Positions 10,925 to 23,775 of a DNA stretch of 64,000 nt are shown here, piece by piece. Position 1 is the first letter of the stretch; each line of letters starts with the position of its first letter. A program made the translations under genes and the position numbers. A model generated the notes under the pieces. That model was not told where the DNA came from. It saw nothing but the letters and a program-made list of their open reading frames with translations, and did not search any database. This DNA comes from Vicugna vicugna (Eukaryota), in the NCBI GenBank assembly GCA_013265495.1, contig MU058345.1:1-64000 (forward strand), written 5' to 3'.

Positions 10925-13900
10925 TACTGGGAGCTGCTAAGAACAAGGACAGCAGCTTAGAAACTCACAAAGCTTTGAGAGGCAACCAAGAGCTCAGACT
11001 CAGTTGATTGACAAGGTACATCTCCTACATGAGGCCAGTCTGTCAAGAACAGGAGAACTGGTTGTTATATCCAATGTGCAGAAACCAACATAAAGAGTCA
11101 AGAAAAGTGAGAAACAGGGTAATGTATTTCAAACAAATACAAGATGAATCTCCAGAAAACAATCCTAATGAAATGAAATACATGATTTACCTTATAGAAA
11201 GTTCAAAATAATGGTCCAAAAGTCCTCACCAAAAAGAAGAAAGCAACACATGAACAAAGAAAGAATTTTAACAAAGATATAGAAAATATTAAAAAGTACC
11301 AAACAACAAACTTAGAGATAAAGGCTATAATAATTAACTTTAAAAAGTCAATACAGCAGATCAGCAGAGTAGATTAAGCTGAGGAAAGGATCAGCAAATT
11401 TAGAACAGAAGACAGAGTAAATCAGTGTATCAAGAAAGAATCCAAGGAAGAAAAAGGAAAAAAGAATTTTTTAAAAAGAGTGAAGATAATTTGAGGAGCT
11501 GATGGGACACTATCAAGTGGACCAATATACACATTATAGAAGAGTAGAAGAAGTGAGAGAAAAATGAGCAGATAGCTTATTCAGAGAAATAACAGCTGAA
11601 ATTATTCTAATCCGGAGAAATAGACATTCAGATCCAGGAAGCAAAAAGAATACCAAAAAAGATTAACTCAAGGAGACCCACACTGAGACACATTATAATT
11701 AAATTGTCAAAAGTTAGAGACAAGAGAGAATCTTAAAAGCGGCAAGGGAGAAGAGACTTGTTCTTCACAAGGAAACCCCCATACGACTATCAACTGAAAG
11801 AAAAAGCTGCCAACCAAGAATATTTTACCTGGTACACTTACCCGTCAGAATTGAAGGAGAGACAAAAAGTTTCCCAGACAAACAAAAGCTGAAGGGATTC
11901 ATGACTCAACCAGCCTTACAAGAAAGGTTAAAGAGAGCTCTTCAAGCTGAAATGAAAGGAAGCTAATCTGTAACAGGAAAACATGTGAAAGTATAAAAGT
12001 CATTGGTAAAGGTAATTATATATTTAAACTCAGAATATTCTAATATTGTAAGAGTGGTAGGTTATCACTTATATCTCTAGTATAAAGGCTAAAAGACAGA
12101 AGTACTAAAATAACTACCTACAATAATTATCTGCAATAATTTATTAATGAATACTCGATGTTCAAATATGTAAATTGTGATATCAAAAACATAAAATGTG
12201 GAGGGGAGTGTAAAAGCATAGAGCTTCTGTGTGAGTTTGAAGTCAGATTGTTATTAGCCTAAAATATATTGCTATAACTATGTTTTATGTAACCCTCATG
12301 GTAACTATAAAACAAAAACTTATAGTAGATATATAAAAGATAGAAAGGAAGGAGTCAAATCATACAAACACAGAAAATCATCAAATCAAGAAGAAGAAAG
12401 AGAGGAATTAAAAATGAAGGAATTACAAAATAGTCACAAAGCAATTAATAAAATGCCAATAGTAAGTCCATACTTATCAATGATAACTGTAAATGTAAAT
12501 TCTCCAACAAAAAGCGGAGTGGGTGAATGGATTTTTTTAAAAGACCCAAATATATGTTACCTACGATAGACTCACTTCAGCTTTAAGAACATACATAGAC
12601 TGAAATTGAAGGGATGGAAAAAGATAGTCTATGCAAATGGAAGCCAAAGGAAAGCAGAGATACCTATACTTATATCATACCAAATAGACTTTCAGCCAAA
12701 AACTGTAACAAGAGACAAAGATCATTATATAATGATAAAGCAGTCAATTAATCAAAAGTAGATAACAATTGTAAATATTTATGCAGCCAACATTGGAACC
12801 CCTAAACATATAATATAAATATCAGCAGATATGAAAGGAGAATTAGACAGCAAAACAATAATAATAGGGGCTTCAATAATCCACTTTCAACAATGGATAA
12901 TTATCAAAACAGAAAATCAATATGGGTACATTGGACATAAACTACACATCAGACCAAAAGAACCTAACAGGTATAGGCAGAACATTCCATTTAACAGCAG
13001 CGGAATACACATTCTTCTCAAGAGGATGTAGAATATTCTCCAAGACAGAACATATGTTAGGCCCAACATAAAAAGTGCCAACAAATTTAACAACATTGAA
13101 ATCATATCAAGCATCTTTTCCAGCCACAATGGTATAAAACTAGAAATAAATTGGAAGAGAAAAAAATGGAAAATTCACAAACATTTGAAAATTAAACATG
13201 CCCTTGAACAAACCAATGGATCAAAGAAGAAATCAAAGGGAAAAATTTAAAGAAAAATACTTTGAGATAAAAGAAAATGGAAACACAATACACTAAACCA
13301 TGTCAGATGCAGCAAAAAGCAGTCCTAAAAGGTAAGTTTATAGTGATAAATGCCTGCATTAGGGAAAAAAACATTTCAAATAAACAACTAAACCTTACAC
13401 CTCAAAGAGCTAGAAAAAGAACAAACTAAACCCAAATGTGGTAGAAGGAAAGAAAAAACAAAGAGCAGAGCAGAAATCAATGAGATCAAGATTGGAAATG
13501 TGATCGGAAAGATCAATGAAACTAAGAGCTACTTTTGTAAAAAGATTAACAAAATTGATAAAATTTTAGCTAGACTATGAAAAAAGGGAGAAAACTCAAA
13601 TAGATACAAACAGAAATGAAAGAGGAGACATTACAACTGATAACACAGAAGTACTAACAATCATCAAAAACTAGTATGAAAAATTAATATGCCAACAAAC
13701 TAGAAAACTTAGGAGAAATGAGTAAATTCCTAAAGCACATACAACCTACAAAGACTGAATCATGAAGAAACAGAAAACCTGAAGAGATCAATAGTGAGGG
13801 GAAAGATTGAGTCAGCAATCAAAACCTCCCTAAGAGAAAACTTGAGGACCAGATGGCTTTACTAGGAAATTCTACCAAACATTTAAGGAAGAATTAATTC

Positions 13901-16647
13901 CAATCCTCCTCGAACTTTTCCAAAAGATTAAGGAGGAGGCAACACTTTCAAATTAATTTTATAAGACCAGCATTACCCTAGGACTAAAGGCAGACAAGAA
14001 CACTGTAAGAAAAGAAAATTAAAGAACAATATCCCAGATAAACACGGATACAAAAATCCTCAACAATATATGAGTGAACAGAATTCAACAGCATATTAAA
14101 GAATCATGCACCATGGTTAAGTGGAATTTATCCTTGGGAGGCAAGAATACCACAACATACAAAAACCAATACATGTGATACAGCTCACAAACAAAATGAA
14201 GACCAAAACTGAAACTTACATGATCATCTCAATAGATGCAGAAAAAGCACCTGACAAAATTAGACATCCTTTCATGTTAAAAACTCTCAACAAATTAAAT
14301 ATAGAAGGACTATACCTCAGCATAATAAAAGCCATATTTATGACTAGCCCACAGCTAACGTTATACTTAACAATGAAAGGGTAAGCACTTTTCCTCTAAG
14401 ATCAGGGACAAGTATATTCATTCTTGCCACTTTTAATCAACATAGTACTAGTTTAGCCAGAATAATTGGGCAAGAAAAGGAAATAAAAGACATCCAAATT
14501 GGAAAGGAAAACGTAAAATTGTTTCCATTTGTAGATGGCATAATCTTATATATAGAAAATCCTGAGACTCCACCAAAAAAAAAACTGTTAGATCTAATAA
14601 ATGATTCAGTAAAGCTGTAGGATACAAAATCAACATACAAAAATTAGCTGGGTTTCTATTCACTAACAATTAACTACCAGAAAGAGAAATTAAGACAGCA
14701 ATCCCATTTACAATCATCAAAAATCATCAAAAAGAATAAACTATTTTAGAAAAAATTTAATCAAGTTGGTGAAAGGTCTGTACACTGAAAACTATAAAAT
14801 ATTATGAAAGAAATTGACAAAGACACAAATAAATGGCAAGATATTCCATCTTGATGGATTGAGGAAATTAATATTGTTAAAATGTCCATACTAACCCAAG
14901 AAATCTAAAGATGCAACACAATTCCTATCAAAATACTCATAGCATTTTTTCAGAGAAATAGGAAAGAAGCCTAAAATTTGTGTGAAACCACAAAAGGCCC
15001 CAAGTAGCAAAGGCAATCTTGAGAAAGAAGAACAAAGCTGGAGGTATGACATTTCCTGATTTCAAACTATACTACAGAGCTATGGTAATCAAGACATTAT
15101 GGCACTGGCATAAAAACAGACACAATCAACAGAACACAATAAAAAGACCAGAAATAAACCCACGTTTACGTGGTCAATTAATTTTCCTCAAAAGTGCCAA
15201 AACCAAGATTACACAACAGAAAAAGGATAGACTATTCCATAAATTTTATCAGGAAAACTGTACACCCACATGCAAAATAACATAATGGCACTCCTATCTT
15301 ATACTATAGACAATGATCAACTCAAAATGGATGGAAAACTTGAACATAAGGCCTGAAACTACAAAACTCACAGAAGAAAATTCCATGGTATTGGTCTTGG
15401 CAATATTTTTCCAGATTTGACAACAAAAGCAAAACCAACAAAAACAAAAATAAACAAGTGGGACTACATCAAACTAAAAATCTTCTGCATATCAAGGAAA
15501 CATTCAACAAGATGAAAAGCCAACCTATGGATGTTGAAAAAATATTGACAAATGACATAAGTGACAACGGATTAATGTCCACCATACCTGAGAACACATC
15601 TCAATATCAAAAAATAAAAACCAAAAAATTATGCAATTAAAATATGGGCAAAAGATCTGAATAGACATTTTTTTCCCAAGGAGACATACTAAAGGCCAGA
15701 GCAGGTACATGAAAAGTTGCTCAGTATCACCAGTCACCAGGGAAATGCAAATCAAAACTGCAAGGTGATACCACATCACAATGATCAGGTTGGCTTTTAT
15801 CAAGAAGACAAGAAATAACAAGTGCTGGCTAGCATGTGGCGAAAAGGGGACCCTTGTACACTGTTGGTGGGAATGTAAATTGGTGCAGCCACTATGGAAA
15901 ACAGTATGGATATTCCTCAAGAAATGAAAAACAGAACTACTATATGGTCTAGCAATCCCCGTTCTAAGACCGTATCAAGGGAAATGAAATCAGTATCTCA
16001 AGGAGATTTCTGTGCTCCCATGTTCATTGCAGCATTATTTACTATAGCCACGGTAGGAAAACAATTTTGACAGATGAATGGATAAAGAAAATGTGGTGTG
16101 TATGTACACATACACACAACGGAATATTATTGAGCCTTTAAAAAGAAGTAAGTCTCGCCATCTGCAACAACAAATGGACGAACCTGGAGGGCAGTCTGCT
16201 AAGTGAAAGAAGCCAGACAGGGAAAGATAAATCCTTCATGGTGTCACTTTTATATATGGAATCTAAACCAAGCAAACAAAAACGTTGAACTCATTAAAAA
16301 CAGACTAGAATCGTGCTTGTCAAGCACTGGGGAGTGGGAAAAATGGGGAAAGCCTGGCAAAAGTGTATGAAAACTTTCAGTTACAAGGTTAATAATATAT
16401 GAGACCTAATGTATAACATGGTGACTACAGTTGATAATATTTTATTGTATGATTGAAATTTGTTAAGAAAATAAATCTTTCCAAAATATATTCTCTCCCA
16501 AGAAAAAGTAAATATGTGAAGTGATGGCTATGTTAACTCGATTGTGAGAATCCTTTCAGAAGGTATATGTATTTCAAATCATTACATTGTATATTTTAAA
16601 TATATTAAAATTTCAATTGTGAATTATACTCAATAAAGCTGGAAAAA
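10925..16647 (+). mobile_element. Near-full-length decayed L1 (L1MA9-like 3' end): ORF1 ~11100-11970, ORF2 ~12450-16260
   Basis: Disrupted ORF2 remnants: EN region, [15 protein letters not shown] (~14220), FVDGIILYIENP RT core (~14530), [24 protein letters not shown] (~15025). 3' end tatactcaataaagctggaaaaa. Many stops and frameshifts. Confidence 0.93.
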
Positions 16648-17490
16648 TTGTGACTAGTTACTGCTATCACTGGTCCATCTTGCACATCTGAGCTTCATCA
16701 AACAATTCCAAGAATTCATTAAGGAATAAGAAATAAGTAACAACGAATTTTCTTAAAAATATTTTTCAGTGTACTGTGTACTTTTTCTAACTTTCTCCCA
16801 AAAAACTGAAAGAGGATCTCAAAAAAGCCATCAGAAAATTTTGCACTTATCTGCTACAGTTTGGAGGGCATTCGACTGCACCTGGCTCACATCTGTAAGT
16901 GTCTAAAAGTGAGTAGCTGGCTGGACCTCTACTGGGAATAACTAGTGAGTTCAAAATTCAGCTGGGAAAGATATATGTTTTCCAGAGTTTAACGTGGACC
17001 AGAATTGATCATCTTGAGAAAGTGATCCCACTCAGAGTGCATCTGGGAGTGTGAAGTGACCTCCACAGGGAGAGCACGTGAGAAAGGCCCACAAGCCAAG
17101 GGGGAGCTTAGAAGCTGTCAATGGAGGAAACACCACTGCATCGGGGGGGTGTTCACGCGGAGGAGTCTCTGAAGAAATTACAAAGGTGTTGTTAAAGAAA
17201 AAGAGACAGCAGGTGGACGTGGACGTCATGCAAAGGGCATCCACCCCATTACAAGTGCCCCGCTCCACACAGAAGACCTTGCCCTTTTTCACTAACTCTC
17301 CCACCCTGCTCCTCCTCACTTCTTGAGGGGACAAAAATAGCAGCTCATGAGTCAGGAAGAAAGTAACCAAAAAAGATAAAAGAAACTGACTGCATCTCCT
17401 CTTTCCTTGGGAGTAAAAGTAGGCCTTAGGCTGAGAGAGGGGTGAGCAAGACACTGTCAGATGAGAAAGTTAAGTTTCAGATTTGTTCTG

Positions 17491-17648
17491 TCCTTTTCTT
17501 TTCCTTTTCCTTTTTCCTTTCCTTTCCTTTCCTTCCCTTTCCTTCCCTTCTCTTTCCTTCCCTTCCCTTCCCTTTGCTTTTCTTTTCTCTTTTTCTCTTC
17601 TTTCTTTCTTTCTCTTCTTTCTTTCTTCCTTCCTTCCTTCCTTCCTTC

Positions 17649-17694
<46 letters not shown>

Positions 17695-17724
17695 CTTTCT
17701 TTTCTTTCTTTCCTTCTTTCTTTC
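17491..17724. repeat. Compound (TTCCC/TTCC/TTTC)n polypyrimidine microsatellite
   Basis: ~235 bp almost purely C/T on the + strand. Confidence 0.97.
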
Positions 17725-19289
17725 ACTATCTGAGGAGACAACTATTTATTTGTACTTGAAAGTGATTAGAAAACTTAGAAGATTTTCTGGAGATTTCATC
17801 TAGTGGTGAAAAACCCAAGAGCTCAACAAAGTTAGAGTAAGTTGTTGGAAATAACAAAATTATTTTTTGTTTGCACCCTACCAAGAGATGTAATAAACTG
17901 AACTTTAATAAACTCAAGAAAGTTACACTCAGTAATGCTTTGTGGAGAGGATGTTTACTCTGCAAATGAGAAGAAGAGGCGAGTACTGTAAAATTAGATA
18001 TTGGGAGAACAAACTTTGCAGCTGCGATGGCCACCATCCAGGTCACAGGGATGTTCCTAAGAACTGACCACATCCCCACCCACCCTAGGAAACTTCCTTC
18101 TTCTGGATCCCTTCCCCAGAAGTCGTGTAACACGTGAACAACTCTAATCAGGTAAGTTTCTGTCACAGTGAAAGAAACAGTAATAAAACAGCTTCTATTT
18201 GCAGAGCCCTTAACAAATGCCAGACACTGTCCTAAAATGTCCTGTATGAATTAACTCATGGAAACCTCACAACATTTCCCTGATGTAGGTAATTTCATTA
18301 TGCTGTGATAAGCGAACTTGGTGTAGTGACTAACAGACCTGAATTAGATGAAGGAATTCCAAACCTCCCAAGAACCAAAGGGAAGATTCTCCCACCTATT
18401 CAGCTGGAAGGAAACTTAGAAACCAACCGGTCCAGGGGCTTTATGCCACTATCTGAAGAAGGACCAGGTTCAGCTTTGTAAGAAACAAAGTGCTGTTCAT
18501 ATTTTTGAGGTGGGAAAGGAAAGAAGAGAATAGGGGAGATTTTTGAGTCAGAGAGCCCTTCCAATACGTATCTGTTTCACTTCTTTGAAGGGAACCATAT
18601 GGTGGCTTGTAGCCTATAAATGATCCATGAAGGACTCTTGCTCAGGCTCTTTCTCTTCAAAGAGAAATTTAAGGCCAGAGAGGTTGCAATGACATGGCAA
18701 GGTCACACAATGCATCAGTGGCAGAGTTGCCTCTAAAGACCCGAATCCTGATTCCTTCTAGCACATTGTGGTACTTTTCCCTAAACCCTGTTACACAACA
18801 CGCAATTGTAGGTGGGTCTTCCCAGATTTGCATTAATTGCCCAATGTAATGACCTGATTCTAATATGCAGGGGGCTTCTGGGTCAGGGAGCATTGGTGTA
18901 GACTTGTGGGACAGTGACCACAAATGCCCACAGTTGACTATTTTCTCTGTATATATTACAGCCTTGATTTCACACTGCTTCTTTTAAGGACATTTTAAGT
19001 ATTAACAGCTACTGTGTTGACATACTACTTTACTGTATGATCTTGAATAAGTTAAATTATCTCTTTGGACCTTAGTTTTCTCATTAAAAAAAATACAAAT
19101 AATACAAGCAAAACCCTGCTAAGGTCTGTTCACTTCCCTCCATCAGTCAGATCTCTCACATGGATGACTCATATGGGGTTCACAGGATATAATTCAAACA
19201 GTCTTTACTCCCACGGACTCTAGGAGAGTAAGACCCTGAGAGTGGAATCCTCTCCATTGTTCCACTCAATCTCAATACATGGGTCAAAA

Positions 19290-21300
19290 CAAAACAAAAA
19301 ACTCTCAGTAAACTAGAAATGAAAGAAGATTTCCTCAAGCTGATAAAGGATAATTATGAAGAAACTATAGTTAACATAATAATATCAGAAAAGAGTCAAG
19401 AAAGTGCACCCTCAACACCTGAGTTCTACATTGCACCATCTCTCCGAGCCAGTGCACTGTAACGAGACAAAAAGCGTGCAAATCAGAAAAATAAGTAAAT
19501 AAAACTGTTGTCATTTTTAAACAACATAATTATGTACATAGGAAACCTCTGTGACCAACAAAAGGAAAACTACTAGAAATAATAATTTAACAAGACTAGA
19601 GGATTCAAGGTCAAAATACAAAGTCAATTGCCTTTCGGGTGGGAGGGGATAAATTTGGGCGTTTGAGATTTACAAATGTTAGCCACTATATATAAAAATA
19701 GATTTTTAAATAGTTTAAATAGTTTAAATAGTTTCACAGGAAACTATGTTCAATATCCTACCATAACCTTTAATGGAAAAAATATGAAAATGAATATATG
19801 TACGTATATGCGTGACTGGGACATTATGCTGTACACCAGAGACTGACACAATGCAATTGACTGTACTTCAATTAAAAAAAATTGCTAAAAATGCTAACTA
19901 CCAAAAAAAAGAAAAAAGAAACCCAACAAGGTCAACTGCCTTTCAGTATACTAGGAACAAAGAAATAGAAAATAAAATTTCAAATAACACCATTTACAAT
20001 AACATCAAAATACATCAAATATCTCGTAAATGATCTAATGAAATATGTACAAAACTTCTACCTGAAAGCTACAAAGCATCACTAAGAGAAATTAGAGACT
20101 TAAATAAATGGAGAATTAGACCATGGAGGATAGATTTAACACTGTTAAGATGTCTACTGTCCCTAAATAAATAGAAACTTGTTATGTGTCACAATCCTAA
20201 ACATAAAACACAATCTGTCAAGCTTCTGAAAAAAAACACAGGAAAATATTTTTGTTATCCAAAGTCTTCTTAGAGATTTCTTAGGATAAAAAAAGCTCTT
20301 AGTCATTAAAAATATTTGATAAATTGAACTCTATCAAACTTAATTTTTTGCTTGTAAAAAGACACAAGAAAAAATAGACAAGGCATAATAGGAGAAAAAA
20401 AATGTTGTACCTAGACTCTATGAAGAATTTGTACAAAAAATAAAAGATGAGCAATCTAATTAAAACTGGGCAAAACCTTTGAGCATGCATTGACAAAAGC
20501 AGATATACAAATGGTTAATACACACATGAAAATGTGCTTAAGACCATTCATTTGTCATCAGGGAAACTAAGGCCACAGTAAAATACACAATGAACTACTT
20601 ATCAGAATGGCTATAATTTTTAAAAACTGGTAACATTAAATTTTGGTAAGAATGTGGAGCAACTGGAACACACATACGTTGCTAGTGACAGTATAAACTG
20701 GTATAATCACTTTGAAGGACTGTACAGCAGTTTCTAAATTTAAGCACACATCTGCCTTTTATCCTTAGCAATTACAGTCTTAGATATTTGTCCCATATCC
20801 CATAAAAATATATGTTCTCCAAAAGACTTACACAAGAATATTTATAATGACCTATTCATAATAGCCAAAAGCTGAAAACAACCCAAATGCTTGTCAACAA
20901 GAAGATGAATAAATAAATTATAATACATTCATATAACAGTGAAATATTCAGCAATTTAAAAAAAAACAAAGTACTGAAACATGCAAAAAGCATGCATTAT
21001 TCTGAAAAATATTATGTCAATTAAAAAAAAACAGAACAAAAGAGAAGATAAGGTATGGTTCTACTTACATAGTATCCAACATCAGGCAAAACTAATCTAT
21101 GATCGTAAATCAGAAAGAGATGCTTCAGGGTGGGGATTGTACACTGATCAGAAAGAGGCATAAGGCAACTTCTTGGAGTGATGGATATGCTCTATACTGA
21201 AGGGAGGTGGATACATATACAGATATGACTGTCAAAATACATCAAACTGAACATTTGAGATCTGTTCATTTTATTGTTCACTAGTAAGACTTTAATATAA
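19290..21300 (+). mobile_element. Old, internally deleted L1 (L1M-type) ORF2/3'UTR fragments
   Basis: Degenerate L1 ORF2-like segments (actctcagtaaactagaaat..., atagccaaaagctgaaaacaacccaaatg) and old L1M 3'UTR. Confidence 0.75.
19637..19925 (+). mobile_element. Short L1 3' end inserted into older L1
   Basis: ~19-bp TSD acaaagtcaattgcctttc (19618-19636) / acaaggtcaactgcctttc (19926-19944). Same family as 32613-32866. Confidence 0.85.
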
Positions 21301-23107
21301 AGATGTTTTTATAGGTTCTCATCATTAAAACAGAACTGCACTGATGTATAAATAAGTGTCACAAATTATAAGGTTAAAAATCATATAAATTTAGTATATG
21401 GTAATGATGTCATATTAAATGTGGGAAAGATGGGTTACTCAATTAATCAGATTGGGAACTCTAGCGAAGACCTGAAAAGAATAAAATTGGGGCCACATCT
21501 TATAATTTACAGCAGAAGAACTTCAAATAGATCTTAAATTCAAATATAAAAACATCGTAAAATTGCTAAAGGAAATTTTAAAAGCATTCTTTTATAATCT
21601 GTGTGTGAAAAAGACAATTCTAGCTAAGATACAAAACTCTAAAGGCACAACATGCTCTTTTAAATTTTTGTGGGTCAAACAACACCATAAACAAAACAAA
21701 AAGATGATGAACAGGAAAAAATTCTATTTAATATCATCAGGCCTAATTTCTCTAAATTACAAAAGTTCTTAGAAATCAGTAAGAAAAAGAGCAATTATCC
21801 TATCTAAAAATGAGCAGAGGATATTTTGTTAGTTTTGGTTTCATAACAAATAAATTCAAAATCTGAGTTACCGTCAAACACAAATATTTATTTTCTTGCT
21901 CAGTGTGTGAGGATCTTCTGGGCCTGACTACAGGAAGAGCTCAACTTGGCTCAGAGATGCAGACTGCATTTAGGTCTGCTTGGTTTTAAAGTGTCTCCCC
22001 TTAAATTGTATATTAGGAGCAAGGGAGAAATGTAACTATAGAGAGGAGAAATGAGAGAGCATTCTGACTAAATGTAAAAATTAACATCATCCATGAGCAG
22101 CAGATGGACATCACGAACCTTGTGGGATCCTGAGCGTCACTTATGTAATTTTCTGGCTGCGAATTCATGTAAAACATCAGACAGATCCAAAATGAGCAAT
22201 TTTTTTAAAAAGCAAGTGAACAACAATTTCTTTAAAGTGCCAATAATTTGAAAAAAAAAGTTGTAGAAATGCTCCAGATTGAAGGAGACTACTCAGACAT
22301 AACATTTAAATGACTGTAAACTGTGACCCCCCCCACACTGAATCTTAGAGAGAAAAATGTTATAAAATACATTATTGGGTCAATTTAAAAAATCATAGTA
22401 TAAAATTATAGTGCCAGTACTATAGTCTTTTTATTCCGTGTCTAATCTTTTTTCAAGAAGAGATAGCATATTTCTGTTGATAAAAGAGAAGTGAATACTC
22501 TGAAAAAAAAAAAAGACTGCTACACTAACAACATGGAAGGAACAAAGTTTGTCAGCACTCAGAGGATCTGTAGACCCTTAAGAAGAGACATCAAAACAGA
22601 AACAGTTCTCCTGGTCCCAGAGATTAAAAAAAAAAAAAATCACCGTTTCTTGGAAAAGGATTGGAGTTTAACATCATGTTTGACAGTACGGTATTCCCAA
22701 GACTAAGTAGGAAGCACACAGGAGTAAATTGTGCCTGTGACGTGTTACGAAAGTCTTAGTTCACCATTAGCAGAGTATCTTCTGTGATGAGGGAGCGTAA
22801 TGCAATGATGCCCAGTAACCCCTGGGACACTTCCCAATCTGGGACCAGTTCCTCAAATAGCCTCTCTTGCTTTCTTCCCCTGGGCCCTGTATTTATTCTT
22901 ACGTTGCCAGAATAGGGGCTTTTTCACATGGCAATGTGTCTTGCATAGAGACCAGCTCGCAGCATGAATACAGTGGCCTTTCTTTGGTGTACAGTATTTT
23001 GAAGCATTAGTAGTAGATGTGATTTTTTGCTTTTAAGGAATACAGAAAATAAGTTGATGGAAACACTTGCTCAAAACTTTAAAAAAAAAAAAAGATAGGA
23101 TCAGGGA

Positions 23108-23775
23108 TGTCCAGGGAACCAAATTTAGGGCATGGAAGAGCTAATTAAGGCTAATTAGCATTAGAAAGGAAGCTGGGCTCTCCTGGCTGGTACTTATCTG
23201 AGTAGTCACCCTGTAAGCTGCTTGCTTTGCTGTCACTTTTGATTTCCCATTTTTAAAAGAAACATGAATAAAAGTGGATTCAGCAAGATTAAATTAGTTA
23301 AATATTAAATAAAAGGCAAGAAAGCTAATCATCTTAGCAAAAAAAGTTATGAATCATAGTCAACAAAACTATTTCCAAAAGTATCTTGAGCAAGGTCGTA
23401 TGACTGTTAAGTGCCTGAATTAGAATTGTAACTAAGTCTGCCTGCCTCCGAAGCTCATACTCTTAGCCTCTGCACTATAATGCCTCTTCATAAGGACAGT
23501 TCCAGAAAAGTCCAGAAAAGCGCAGGTTGATGTTCCCTGGGGAGGGCACACAAGGACATAAAGATGGCCAGGGCCTGTTTTCTGCCAGCAGGACATGGAC
23601 AGTCGGGCAGGATGCACACAGAGCAGCCAGGTTTGCAGGGTTTCCTCCCTGTGGACTCCACTCTTTTGACAGCTATCACCTGTCCTCTTCTCTCTTAGAT
23701 TTCTCATTTCAGGGGTTTGAAAAAATGAGAGCCCATTATGGGTTTGTCGTGTCCTGAGGGAGGCCACAGCCCACC
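23108..23775 (-). repeat. Copy B of local inverted duplication
   Basis: Reverse-complement match to 9795-10465. Confidence 0.88.

Noticed and set aside
9800..11000. LXR DR4 element upstream of CD5L
   Set aside because: Only isolated half-sites (tgaact, tgaccc); no convincing DR4 spacing seen.
17442..17803. F/S/L-rich and K/E/R-rich ORFs
   Set aside because: Translations of the microsatellite.
18040..18157. + strand exon ending in CAG|gtaagt
   Set aside because: Good donor but no clear acceptor or start, and no recognisable peptide.
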